From the NCBI GenBank assembly GCA_963740315.1, contig CAVUDP010000002.1:928001-992000 (forward strand): a stretch of DNA of 64,000 nucleotides, given 5' to 3'. Under the pieces are notes generated by a model. It ran no database searches, was not told the origin of the DNA, and was given only the letters and a program-made list of their open reading frames with translations. Source of the stretch: an uncultured cyanobacterium (GTDB taxonomy: Bacteria > Cyanobacteriota > Cyanobacteriia > Cyanobacteriales > Nostocaceae). Each line of letters starts with the position of its first letter. Positions within the stretch are counted from its first letter, which is position 1. The translations under genes and the position numbers were made by a program. Below, one piece after another: positions 10,547 to 20,763 of the stretch.

Positions 10547-10975
10547 TTAAGGCATTTCACATAAAGTCCAATACTTATTTAAGGTTGCCAAAGTTTTCGG
10601 CAAATTGAGTAAAAGCTACTGGTTTTAATAAATACCCCGCCACATTTAAATTATAAGCTTCAACTCTATCTTTATCTCGATCGGAAGTTGTCAGTATAAT
10701 TGCTGGTATTGATTTGAGATCGGAATCCGCTCTTAATTCGTACAGAAACTCTAATCCGCCCATTCTAGGCATATTCAAGTCTAGCAAAATGATTCTTCTA
10801 GTTGGGGGTATTATTGGAGAATTGCCATTTTCAGCAAGTAACATTGTAGAGCTTCAAGTCCATTAGATGCAACGTAAAGTGGATTTGTAATATTCTTTTT
10901 TTTGAATGTTTTAACATTCATCACATCCACTTCATCATCTTCTACCAGCAATACATTTAAAATTTTTTCCCCCAT
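10547..10975 (-). pseudogene. Rcp1-like response regulator with two frameshifts
   Basis: Three pieces in changing frames: MGEKILNVLLVEDDEVDV..NGLEAL, then LLDLNMP..LLKP, then TLATLNKYWTLCEMP*. Collinear with the intact paralogue at 26386-26826. Confidence 0.8.
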
Positions 10976-11100
10976 ATTCCGTTCCAACTATAATTTTAAT
11001 GAATTGCTTTTTAACCTAAGTTATCAGTTATTAGTAATCAGTTACCAGTTACCAGTTATCAATTACCAATTACCGCAACATTTGTTTTTCAAAACATTCT

Positions 11101-13902
11101 TTACTTAAGCCAGGTAAACCGGAAAGTTGTGCCTTTTCCGACTTGAGATTCTAATGTAATCCTTCCTCCAAGTTCATCAACTATTCTTTTGACTATAGCA
11201 AGTCCGATACCAGTACTTTCTCGGCTGTCTCGTGCTTCTAAAGTTTGGAATATGACAAATATTTTGTCGTGATATTCTTCTGCAATTCCTTTACCGTCAT
11301 CTGCAACTACAAATTCGTAAAGTTCATCTTGTTCTTTAACGGAAATTGTTACTTTACCATCGGCACGATCGTGGTGTTTGATGGCATTACTAATTAAATT
11401 ACTAAAAACCTGTTGCAGAGGTATTCTTTCAGTAATAAAAATGGGCATTTCTCCAGTAATTTCGATGGTAAATTCGGAAGGAGGAGCAAGTGAGTCAATT
11501 ATTTCTTCTAGAAGTTGAGCAACGGCGACTGGGGAGGGTTGGGTTTTGATTCTACCGACGCGGGAATATTGCAAAAGCCCGTTAATCAAGGCTTCCATGC
11601 GATACACTCTACCGCGCAACAGGTTCATTTGCTTTTGTGTATCCGCAGTTAGCACCTGTTGCAAATCTTCCTCAATCCATTCCGATAAATTGGCGATCGC
11701 TCTTAAAGGTGCTTTTAAATCGTGGGAAGTAACGTAAGCAAACTGATCTAATTCTTGATTGCGTTTTTCTAATTCTTTAGTAGTTTGCAGCAGGATTAAA
11801 TTAATTTGAACTAATTCATCAGCTCTTGATTGTAAAATTGCTTCTGCTTGCTTGCGTTGGGTAACATCATTTAGCGTACCATAAACGGCAAGTTCTCCTT
11901 GAGGTGTCGTTTTCTCAATTGGAGCGTACATTTCTATCCAGCGAAAATTACCATCTTTAGTCAGGATACGAAATTCATATTGAAAATATTCTTGTTCCCT
12001 TGAAATTACCGATGCAAATAAAACGAATGCTCGAATTTTATCTTCTTGTGCGTACATACAGTCAGTAAAAGACTGATTCAAACTTTCTTCTACGCTAAAC
12101 CCAGTAATATCAGTCCACGCTATACTCAGAAAATCCCAACAACCTTGTTTATTTATCCGAAAAACAACTTCTTTGACGCTGTTAACTACATTACGATACA
12201 AACGCTCGCTTTTTTCTAAAGCTGTTTCCATGCGTTTGCGTTCGGTAACATTATCAAAAGCCACACCAACTAAGTTACCCGGTAAAGGAAAAGCTGTTAC
12301 CTCAAAAAAAGATTTAGCAATGCGATCGTCACCATAAGGAAATTCTCCTAAATGTTTAACTTGTTTGGATTTAACTACTTCAGCATAAGTTTCTAACTCT
12401 ATAATATGGTCTTCATCTAAAATCTTAGGAAAACATTCTTCTATCGGCTTACCTATATAATTTTGGATATCTAAACCTAACATTTGCGATGCAGCAGGAT
12501 TGGTAGTTACCAAATGAAAACTGGTGATGTCGTTTCGATCGTCCATCTGCCAAACACATAAACCAATTTGAATATTTTTGACTATATCTTCATAAATTTC
12601 AATTTCTGCTCTTGCTAATTGCTCGCTTTCAATTAACTCTTCTTTGCGCCGATTTGATGCTTCTAATTGCGCCGTGCGTCGCATAACTCGCGCTTCCAAC
12701 TCTTGATTTAAACGCACAATTTCTGCTTGCGCTGCAAAGCGATCGCTAATATCTTGGTGGGAACCAACCATACGAATAGCAACTCCTGCTCGATTCCACT
12801 GAGCCATACCGCGAGCTAAAATCCATTTATAGCTGCCATCTTTGCAACGTAAACGAAATTCAATTTCATATTTAGGAATTTCGTGGTTTAGGTATTTATT
12901 CCAAGTTGTTTCAGTACAGTCAATATCTTCTGGATGCAGTAAATTTCGCCATCCCTGATAGCTATTTTCTACTTCCGAATCGGTATAGCCCAGCATCTCT
13001 TTATATTGAGTAGAGAAAAAAGCTTTGTTATCGGCAATATTCCAATCAAAAATACCGTCTCCCGTACCCTGTAAAGCTAACTGCCAGCGTTCTTCGCTTT
13101 CTCTTAATCGCGCTTCTGCTTGCTTACGTTCGGTAATATTAACGCTGGTACCGACAATCCGATAAATTTGGCTTGTTTCGTCATGCAAAGGTGTTAAACT
13201 TGTCAACCACCAAGAATATTCTTCATTATGATTAAAATTTAAGCATTCTTCATAAGTAATGCTTTCCCCAACTGACAAGCAGCGATTGTAGCGTTCTTTG
13301 ACTGCCACTGCTATATTACTTGGGAGAACTTGTTCCGGAATTTTTCCTTCTATTTGCTGCGAGGTAATCCCCATTACCTTTTCAGTAACGGGGTTAATGC
13401 TTTTATAAATAAATTCGCCTTCTTTTGTAACATCAACAACAAAAATTGCTTCTGTTACCCCTTCATAAATACTGCGTAAAAACTGTTCCTTTTGATTTTT
13501 AGCTTGAATTTCTGCTTGCAGTTTCTCAGGTGTTGGTAAAGCGAGAATTTGGGGAATTAGATAAATTAAACCAATTGCGGTTATCAACGATACTATGGCA
13601 GTAATCGCTCTAATGTACCCCGAAAACCAGTAATCCGGATGCCATAAAGTCCAAATATCTACCAAATGTCCGCTACCGCAAAAAATGATGAAAGCAGCAG
13701 ATAGCCAGAAAATCTGGTTAAAGGGAATATCTGCTCGCTTGCGAAGGATATATACAAGAGTTATCGGAATAGAAAAATAAGATAAGGCAATAACAGCGTC
13801 GCTGACTAAATGCAGTCCCACCAATCCCGGCTTCCACAGGTAGCAGGTACCGTGGGGCATTAAGGAAACAGTAGCTAAATAGTTCGCTGTCACAATAAGC
13901 AT
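11101..13902 (-). CDS. Membrane-anchored multi-PAS sensor histidine kinase
   Basis: Ethylene-receptor-like N-terminal TM region (MPHG.CY.W, FIIFCG.GH), four PAS domains, SHDLKAPL H-box and N/G1/G2 boxes. Confidence 0.92.
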   Translation of the reverse strand: MLIVTANYLATVSLMPHGTCYLWKPGLVGLHLVSDAVIALSYFSIPITLVYILRKRADIPFNQIFWLSAAFIIFCGSGHLVDIWTLWHPDYWFSGYIRAITAIVSLITAIGLIYLIPQILALPTPEKLQAEIQAKNQKEQFLRSIYEGVTEAIFVVDVTKEGEFIYKSINPVTEKVMGITSQQIEGKIPEQVLPSNIAVAVKERYNRCLSVGESITYEECLNFNHNEEYSWWLTSLTPLHDETSQIYRIVGTSVNITERKQAEARLRESEERWQLALQGTGDGIFDWNIADNKAFFSTQYKEMLGYTDSEVENSYQGWRNLLHPEDIDCTETTWNKYLNHEIPKYEIEFRLRCKDGSYKWILARGMAQWNRAGVAIRMVGSHQDISDRFAAQAEIVRLNQELEARVMRRTAQLEASNRRKEELIESEQLARAEIEIYEDIVKNIQIGLCVWQMDDRNDITSFHLVTTNPAASQMLGLDIQNYIGKPIEECFPKILDEDHIIELETYAEVVKSKQVKHLGEFPYGDDRIAKSFFEVTAFPLPGNLVGVAFDNVTERKRMETALEKSERLYRNVVNSVKEVVFRINKQGCWDFLSIAWTDITGFSVEESLNQSFTDCMYAQEDKIRAFVLFASVISREQEYFQYEFRILTKDGNFRWIEMYAPIEKTTPQGELAVYGTLNDVTQRKQAEAILQSRADELVQINLILLQTTKELEKRNQELDQFAYVTSHDLKAPLRAIANLSEWIEEDLQQVLTADTQKQMNLLRGRVYRMEALINGLLQYSRVGRIKTQPSPVAVAQLLEEIIDSLAPPSEFTIEITGEMPIFITERIPLQQVFSNLISNAIKHHDRADGKVTISVKEQDELYEFVVADDGKGIAEEYHDKIFVIFQTLEARDSRESTGIGLAIVKRIVDELGGRITLESQVGKGTTFRFTWLK

Positions 13903-14351
13903 TTTTGACCAAAATATTATGTAGATATTTATATTTTTAACTATTTTTCACTCTATGCCAAAGTTATTTAACACAACGCCGCATCTATTTTCTACCCTAA
14001 GTGTGAATCAAGAAACCCGGTTTTTTAAAAAACTGAGTGAAATGTTTAATGGATGCACAAGTACTTGTAGATTTGTTGCTCCACAACAAAACAATTACTA
14101 AAAATATGATTAATAAATGTTAATTTTAAAAATATTTTTTAAAGGAAAATACAAAAAACTCAACATACCTTTCTAAAGGAAGATGCCGTCATTTATCTTT
14201 TAATAGAGGCTAATTGCGACTGTAGAGTGATGTGGGACAAGGCAACTTTGACTTATAAATTAAGAAGGTGGACTTATCATTGATTCACGTTTAAATCAAC
14301 GAAACAGAAGACCAAAACTTAATTATTATTTAATATGTTAAAGGTAGAAAA

Positions 14352-14591
14352 ATGTTAATTATGAGTTACGAACATCGGCATAAATTAAGTGAAAATGATA
14401 AATCCAATCATAATTTTTGGGAAGATAATAATATGACTAATATATTAGGTCATCCCGTGAAGCGGACTATTCGCGATAAAGAAGGTAATATTATCCTGAA
14501 TGTGGGAGATATTATTGGTTTTCAGGCATTAGAGCAAATCAAGCAAGCCGATCTTCTCGATTCTTTATTTCGCTCCGTTTATCGCAAGTAA
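14352..14591 (+). CDS. Small hypothetical protein (resembles the C-terminal repeat of cyanobacterial PRC-barrel proteins)
   Basis: LGHPVKRTIRDKEGNIILNVGDII..LDSL pattern; start codon uncertain. Confidence 0.55.
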   Translation: MLIMSYEHRHKLSENDKSNHNFWEDNNMTNILGHPVKRTIRDKEGNIILNVGDIIGFQALEQIKQADLLDSLFRSVYRK

Positions 14592-14743
14592 TTGCACTTA
14601 ATTTATTTATTATTTTATTTATATTTAAAGCTCGGTCAAAAATAAGTCAAATTGTATATGTTAACTTTGCGGATTCATGCAACAGTACGGTAGAGATTGA
14701 ATCATGATTACTGCAAACGGAAATAGTAAATTAAATTACTAAA

Positions 14744-15757
14744 ATGTCGATATTACCTTGGGTAGCGATGCTTCTTGCTTCTGTATACGCAGCCCATTGG
14801 GGAGCAGACAAAATCGCTGAACCCTTACAGAAACTAAGGCAACAGTGGGGACTTTCCGAAGCAGCAGGTGCGGCATTTGTTGCTTTCGCTACCGCTAGCC
14901 CCGAAATTGGCACCAATACTACCAGCGCGATTCGCGGCTTTTCTGATATTGGATTGGGAAACTTATTAGGAAGCAATATTATATCCGTTCCCGCAATTGT
15001 CACGGTTGCTTATATAGCTTCATGGCGGCGCAATAGAGGAAAATCCCGAAATAATAATAATTCAAATAATAATTCGACATCTCCGAAAGCTTTAAAAGTT
15101 AAGTCAGAAGCATTATACGTACAGGCAATACCTTATTTATTAATAGTTGCTTTAGCTGCATTGCTTACTCTACCCAAGCCTTGGCGAGGTTTACAGCCCA
15201 TCGATGCTTGGATAATGTTGGCTGCTTATGTAATTTATTTAGCTAATGCAATATTGCGTAAACGCAAACAAGGCGATGAAGTTGAATGGAATCGCAAAGA
15301 AGTAGTTACCGCTGCGATCGGAGTTATTTTGCTGATTTTTGGAGCTTATTTTACTGTAACGGCGACAGAAAAAATAGTTTCTAATCTAGGGATTTCCAGA
15401 GTCATTGGCGGTTTATTTATAACAGCAACCTTAAGTATTGTTCCGGAAGTATTCGCAACTTGGAGCGTCGCCAGTAGCGGACAGCTAACCGCCGCCACCA
15501 CCAGCGTCATTGCCGATAATACAGCAACCATGACTCTTGCATTCTTTCCTTTAGCTCTTGTTACCTTACCCGTCGAAAATTTACTGCTGTACTCGGTTAA
15601 TTTAGGATTCGTCGCATTACTGGGATCGATCTATGCAGCATTTCTTTATTGGGGAAAACCAAATTATAGTTTTTCTCTTAAAGAAGTTTTGATACTTAAT
15701 GGCGTATACGTGGTTTATCTCGCCGTAATGGTATTTGGTGTTTTGAAAGTAGTTTAG
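14744..15757 (+). CDS. Sodium:calcium antiporter family protein
   Basis: ATASPE and GNLLGSN alpha-repeat; multiple TM helices. Confidence 0.85.
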   Translation: MSILPWVAMLLASVYAAHWGADKIAEPLQKLRQQWGLSEAAGAAFVAFATASPEIGTNTTSAIRGFSDIGLGNLLGSNIISVPAIVTVAYIASWRRNRGKSRNNNNSNNNSTSPKALKVKSEALYVQAIPYLLIVALAALLTLPKPWRGLQPIDAWIMLAAYVIYLANAILRKRKQGDEVEWNRKEVVTAAIGVILLIFGAYFTVTATEKIVSNLGISRVIGGLFITATLSIVPEVFATWSVASSGQLTAATTSVIADNTATMTLAFFPLALVTLPVENLLLYSVNLGFVALLGSIYAAFLYWGKPNYSFSLKEVLILNGVYVVYLAVMVFGVLKVV

Positions 15758-15973
15758 GGAAAGTTAGGAGTGAGGAGTGAGGAGTTAGAAATTCTAATTA
15801 AATTTTAACCTTCAACATGCAGACCTTTAACCTTTGACATGCAGACCTTTAACCTTCAACATGCATACCTTTAACCTTAAAAAACTGAATCTATTGGTTG
15901 ATTTCGCTTCGATCGATACAGCTTATCTTGAACTTAGTTAAACATTTATTCCAGGGTAAATCTATAAAGCTTT

Positions 15974-16774
15974 ATGAAAGACTTAAAAGGAAAGAACGTC
16001 ATTATTACGGGTGCTGGTACGGGAATTGCAAGAGCGATCGCCATTCGTTTTGCTCAAGAAGGGGCGAATATTGCTCTAAGTTATTACACGCAAAAATCAG
16101 AAGATACCGAAGAAATGATGCTTCAAGAGCAAACTAGCCTGCAAATAGAAAATTATGGCGCTAAGCATTTGGTGATTCAAACTGATATTTCTCAGGAAAA
16201 AGATGTAATAGATATGTTCTCTAAGACTATAGAGAATTTTGGTGGTGTAGATATCTTAATTAACAACGCTAGTATTCAAGCGAATGGTGCTTCTTCTCAC
16301 GAAATAGATATATCAGAATTTGACCGTATTATTGCTGTAAATCTTAGAGGCACTTATATTTGCGCCCGCGAAGCTATCAAGCACTTTTTAGAAACAAGCC
16401 ACGGTGGTGTAATCATCAATAATTCCAGCGTTCACGAACTGATTCCCAAACCTTATTTTGCAGCGTATTCCGCAAGTAAAGGAGGTATGGAAAACTTAAC
16501 GCGCACGCTTGCTTTAGAATACGCACATCTTGGAATCCGAATTAACTCCATAGCACCAGGTACTACAGCTACACCCATCAACCCTTGGGCTTCCTCACCC
16601 GACGAAAAAGCCAAAGTTGAACAACATATACCCATGCGTCGCACCGGAACACCCGAAGAAATGGCTGCTGTTGTAGCGTTTCTCGCCTCCTCCGAAGCCT
16701 CTTACATCACCGGACAAACTATATTTGTAGACGGTGGATTAACTTTACATCCAGATTTTCATCAGCCTTCATAA
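15974..16774 (+). CDS. SDR oxidoreductase, glucose 1-dehydrogenase-like
   Basis: TGAGTGI, INNA, SSVHE and YSASK motifs. Confidence 0.9.
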   Translation: MKDLKGKNVIITGAGTGIARAIAIRFAQEGANIALSYYTQKSEDTEEMMLQEQTSLQIENYGAKHLVIQTDISQEKDVIDMFSKTIENFGGVDILINNASIQANGASSHEIDISEFDRIIAVNLRGTYICAREAIKHFLETSHGGVIINNSSVHELIPKPYFAAYSASKGGMENLTRTLALEYAHLGIRINSIAPGTTATPINPWASSPDEKAKVEQHIPMRRTGTPEEMAAVVAFLASSEASYITGQTIFVDGGLTLHPDFHQPS

Positions 16775-17013
16775 ACAGGTTAAAGGTCTGCATGTTAAAG
16801 GTTAAAGTTGAATTTATAAGTGGTAACTGCTAACTGGTAACTTGTAATTTCATCCAAATTATCTATATCTATTTATATAGATAATTGCAAAAAAAGGTTT
16901 CTCATGATGGATGGATAGCACGAAGATAATCGCTAAGATAGTAGATAAGAAAGTAAAAAACAAATAAATAACCAGTTTTTTGGTTAATTATAAAAAAAAT
17001 AAAGGAGTCAACT

Positions 17014-17196
17014 ATGAGCGCTGAAGATAAAGCAAAAGCTGCTGCTAAAAACATTGAAGGTAAAGCTCAAGAAGCAATGGGCAATGTAACTGGCGATCCC
17101 GAAGACCAAGCAAAAGGAAAAGCGAAGCAAGGTGAAGCTGAAGCTCGTCAAGGCGTTGAAGATGCGAAAGATAAAGTTAAGAAAGCAATTGACTAA
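17014..17196 (+). CDS. csbD: CsbD family general stress protein
   Basis: GKAQEAMG.VTGD..GKAKQ pattern; AAGGAG ribosome site upstream. Confidence 0.9.
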   Translation: MSAEDKAKAAAKNIEGKAQEAMGNVTGDPEDQAKGKAKQGEAEARQGVEDAKDKVKKAID

Positions 17197-17277
17197 TTGA
17201 TTTTTAACGATTATTCAATAGGTGCATACCATCCCGTTTAGCAGATTAGTATTTCTGTTATGGGTAAATTGAGTTTT

Positions 17278-17319
17278 TATAATTCAGGAGTTAGAATTTT
17301 ATCTAACTCCTGAATTATA
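17278..17319. terminator. 18-bp perfect-stem hairpin downstream of csbD
   Basis: TATAATTCAGGAGTTAGA paired with TCTAACTCCTGAATTATA. Confidence 0.55.
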
Positions 17320-17557
17320 GTATTTAGAGTTATCAAAAAGGTAATGGGAAAAGGGGAACAGTGGTAAAAGAAAATACTAATAAGTAGTTTTAAGGTTATT
17401 TTAAAAGTTTTTAAATTATCAAATATTAAAATTATAAATCCAAAACCTGAAATCTATTTGACAAGTGACAACAGAAAGTGTGAGAATTTTTATTAATTTC
17501 TGATTGAAATATATCTGGATTGTTAACTAATTTTTTGTTCAAATTTGGACTGTAACA

Positions 17558-17782
17558 ATGAATATTTCTTTTAACTACGTTTTAGCAGAGCTAATTGACA
17601 ATAGTTATGGTAGGACTGACTACTATATGTCTCTAACAGGGATAGTTGTTGTAGGCTTTATTGCCGCCGTTACCATAGGCTCTGTTGCTTGGTATAATTC
17701 CAAACGTCCTGTAGGTTGGGAAAATAAAGAACGTCCTGATATTGTTCCTGATATTGAGAAGTCAAAAAATCCTGGTTTGTAG
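17558..17782 (+). CDS. psb35: Photosystem II assembly protein Psb35-like single-helix protein
   Basis: GFIAAVTIGSVAWYNSKRPVGWE..ERPDIVP matches my recollection of this cyanobacterial family. Confidence 0.55.
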   Translation: MNISFNYVLAELIDNSYGRTDYYMSLTGIVVVGFIAAVTIGSVAWYNSKRPVGWENKERPDIVPDIEKSKNPGL

Positions 17783-17842
17783 TATTTCAACTGCAATTCA
17801 ATTAATAATTTCTCTATAGCATTCCTAAATCCTAAAGCGATC

Positions 17843-17880
17843 GAGAAACCCGATATTATTTAATAAATACCGGGTTTCTC
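17843..17880. terminator. REP-like hairpin, probable bidirectional terminator between convergent genes
   Basis: GAGAAACCCG...CGGGTTTCTC; related AAACCCG palindromes near 3138 and 14010. Confidence 0.55.
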
Positions 17881-17904
17881 AACAAATAATTTATTTGGGC
17901 TTCT

Positions 17905-18465
17905 TTAGAAGTTGTACCCTACACCCAAGAGTAATCCAACATCGGCGTTATCAGAAAAGCCAATATTAACGCTTCCGGTAGCGGTGATTTTATCGGAAAC
18001 GGGAACGTCAACTCCTCCAGTAACTAAGAAGCCAACATCAGCATCGTTGTCAGTATTAATTGATACGCCAGCACCCACATAAGGCGCGACGCTAATTCTT
18101 TGGACTCCAGTATCTGTAATATCATCAACGGGAAAGTCAATTGTTACGGGAATAAAGAATACTGGATCGTCATTAATCATCGCAGATGGGCGAATGGAAA
18201 AGTTTCTACTTAAACCAATTTTGCTCATTACTGAAAAAGAACTATCGCCTAATGTACTATTGTCATCAAATCCGATAAATCCACCGACTCCAATGTAACT
18301 AGGACCAGAACGAGTGGCTGTACCGGGTGTGAATTGTGCAACTTTTTGTGTTTGGGATTGTGCTTGAATTTGAGGGGTTTCTGCTTGGGCTTTTCCTCCG
18401 CCAAAAGCAAAGATAGCAGCACCAACGCTAGCAATGGAACAAGCTGTGATTTTTCTAAAGTTCAT
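17905..18465 (-). CDS. Exported outer-membrane beta-barrel-like protein
   Basis: Signal peptide (AQA), amphipathic strands, PYVGAG and C-terminal GVGYNF. Confidence 0.75.
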   Translation of the reverse strand: MNFRKITACSIASVGAAIFAFGGGKAQAETPQIQAQSQTQKVAQFTPGTATRSGPSYIGVGGFIGFDDNSTLGDSSFSVMSKIGLSRNFSIRPSAMINDDPVFFIPVTIDFPVDDITDTGVQRISVAPYVGAGVSINTDNDADVGFLVTGGVDVPVSDKITATGSVNIGFSDNADVGLLLGVGYNF

Positions 18466-18589
18466 GGTTTTCTCTGTTAAATTGCGAACTACTTTAAGTA
18501 AAAAAGTAAAATGACTATTGAATGAATCAAGTAGTGGTACCCTGTCCGGTTAAAAATTTATCTTTAAAACTAAAACTCCTTCAAGAGAA

Positions 18590-19005
18590 TTAATTAAGTG
18601 AGCTTAACATAAAACGATCGACGCAGTTCTGAGAAAGTGAAACTTCATCAAAATTTGAAGATATTAAATGATAAGCTTTAGGTGAATAATATATTTCCCA
18701 ATCCTGAATAGCTAAATAGTTAAATATGGATTCAACCTGCTTAACTTGCGGTTCTGTAGTTTTTATTACTAATAGATATTTACCGTCTTGAAGACAATTT
18801 ATATAAAAATCAATTCTCTCCAGGGAAATTTCTAAATCCTCTAAAATATCACCAAAACATTGGTTTTACGAGGTACGAGCCGATAGAGTTGATGGATTGA
18901 AAAGCCTTGATGGTTCAAGTTTAGAGTTAGCAGTTCAATATTATTTTTATCTGAAACTACAGCGATCGTGTGTTTTGTGTTACCTGAAAAAATAGCTTTT
19001 GCCAC
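18590..19005 (-). pseudogene. Frameshifted general-stress-protein-like (YflT/DUF1269-type) gene absent from the ORF track
   Basis: GTG at 19005 opens ..KHTIAVVSDKNNIELLTLNLNHQGFSIHQL. After a 1-nt shift near 18865 it continues LEDLEISLERIDFYINCLQDGKYLLVIKTTEPQVKQVESIF..IQDWEIY to TAA at 18590. Confidence 0.6.
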
Positions 19006-19423
19006 CTTATTTATTTACTAATTTTATTCAAATTAATATTTAACATTCTTCTATAATATTTCATTTGAGCTAGTTAATGCTTCAGTCTAAAGAACAAGCT
19101 TAAAATCAGCCCTAAGAAAGAAATATCTTAATAAACAGTAATATTTGTTACAGCAATCAATGTTTATTTAAATTTAGTTGATTTTTTTTATGTACTTGCC
19201 TTTTTAACGAGCAAACAACAATTTAAATATTTGCTTTAAATTATTAACATAATTACTATGCTTAAAAAGCAGTTTACCCTCAACTTAGAAGCGAGTTAAA
19301 GGTCTGCATGTTAAAGGTTAGGAGTTAAAAATTAGGAGTTGGATAAAGCAAAGGTGGTGAAGGGAGTTCTGAAGCAGCTCCTACTCTCTAATATTTGACT
19401 ATAAAATTTACAACTATACCTAA

Positions 19424-19536
19424 TAGTCGATTGCATTAATTTTGAAGGGCAATAAGGCTCGTAGTAAGGGCTTCAGCCCTAAATCCGAGCGCTAAAGCGC
19501 TTACTACGAACCTTTATTATCTCTCAAAACTAATCG
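19424..19536. mobile_element. Solo MITE-like unit carrying a GTAG-type REP hairpin (same family as the 39.2-39.8 kb array)
   Basis: End TAGTCGATTGCATTAATTTTGAAGGG; cargo CTCGTAGTAAG...CTTACTACGAACC. Confidence 0.7.
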
Positions 19537-19688
19537 CTGGTTGTAACAAGATTACTGGTTGTAACGAGCGAGCTTCTAGCTCGCACTACGAATTTCTTAA
19601 AAGCCTATAAACACAAATATAAACCCCGTTAAATTGGGGTTTTATTTGTACCTTTAATAATTGCAGTTAAAGCACTCATTAAGCCATA

Positions 19689-20027
19689 TCACCATTTGCG
19701 ATCGCCGTCTTCGTCTACTCTTGCTTGACGAATTACATCGGAAATCTCTTCAGCATCTTTAACGTGGTGTAATGCTTCTTCTTCACCTGTTTCTTTATCT
19801 TCGGCGACAAAGTAAGTTGGAACGGTAATATGATCTCCGGTAATATCTGGGGCATCTACCGCTACTTGCTGCGCTTTTTCATCTACTGATTTGCTTTCAT
19901 CAACGCGATCGCCGGGATTTAATACATGAGGATCGTCTGCGTTTTTTAATTCTTGTTTTTGACGATCTTTTTGTTCAAAGTCAACCTGTTCGGGAGTTAA
20001 AGGTTGTTTTTTATCTTGACTAGCCAT
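19689..20027 (-). CDS. Acidic hypothetical protein
   Basis: 112-aa ORF with AGGA upstream of the ATG; downstream hairpin AAACCCC..GGGGTTT at about 19620-19645. Confidence 0.75.
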   Translation of the reverse strand: MASQDKKQPLTPEQVDFEQKDRQKQELKNADDPHVLNPGDRVDESKSVDEKAQQVAVDAPDITGDHITVPTYFVAEDKETGEEEALHHVKDAEEISDVIRQARVDEDGDRKW

Positions 20028-20213
20028 ATTTATAATCCTAAAAAATTACAGTTTGCTTCCCTAATGAATTTACGCGGATTTGTAAAAAAAATAGATTCTC
20101 TCGGCAAGGGGATTGATAATTAAGAAGCGATTAATTATTTCCTTAACTACAATTGTGTAGCTTCCCCATCCTATTAAAAGATTTTCCAGCGTTCCAAGAG
20201 AATCTTCACTTTA

Positions 20214-20486
20214 TTAAGCAGCACGTCTGGTGACTAAACTCCAGATGAATACAGCAATCATTGCACCGATGATAGCAACGATTAATCCACCAATGCTAAA
20301 ACCAGATGAGGTTAATGCGAACGTTCCCGTAGTTAACAGGGTAAACAAAGTTCCACCAACGAATGCACCGATAATACCTAGAAGCATTGTTGCTAGGATT
20401 CCGCCACCTTGATGACCGGGATAAATTGCTTTAGCGATCGCACCAGCGATAAGACCTAAAATAACCCATGCAATAATATCAAACAT
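20214..20486 (-). CDS. GlsB/YeaQ/YmgE family stress-response membrane protein
   Basis: IIAWVILGLIAGAIAKAIYPG and GIIGAFVGG motifs. Confidence 0.92.
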   Translation of the reverse strand: MFDIIAWVILGLIAGAIAKAIYPGHQGGGILATMLLGIIGAFVGGTLFTLLTTGTFALTSSGFSIGGLIVAIIGAMIAVFIWSLVTRRAA

Positions 20487-20763
20487 ACTTATATTCTCCT
20501 CAACAAGAGTTGTGTTCGTTTCGTTATTCCTAATTTATCAATTTCTAATAACTTGCAAATCTATAGCGAGAAGTAATCTTGATATTCCAGAGGAATAGAA
20601 ATTCGCCCTCTAGGTTAAATCAAATTAAGTAATTAATTCTTTTGCAAAAATTCAGTATGCACTTATCAAGTTGACAACGCATTAAATCAAGCTTTGGCTC
20701 GTTTTTAAGTACTAATTCTTGACTCGTTGTGTAATTAAACACAAACAGTTTGACAACTAATAC

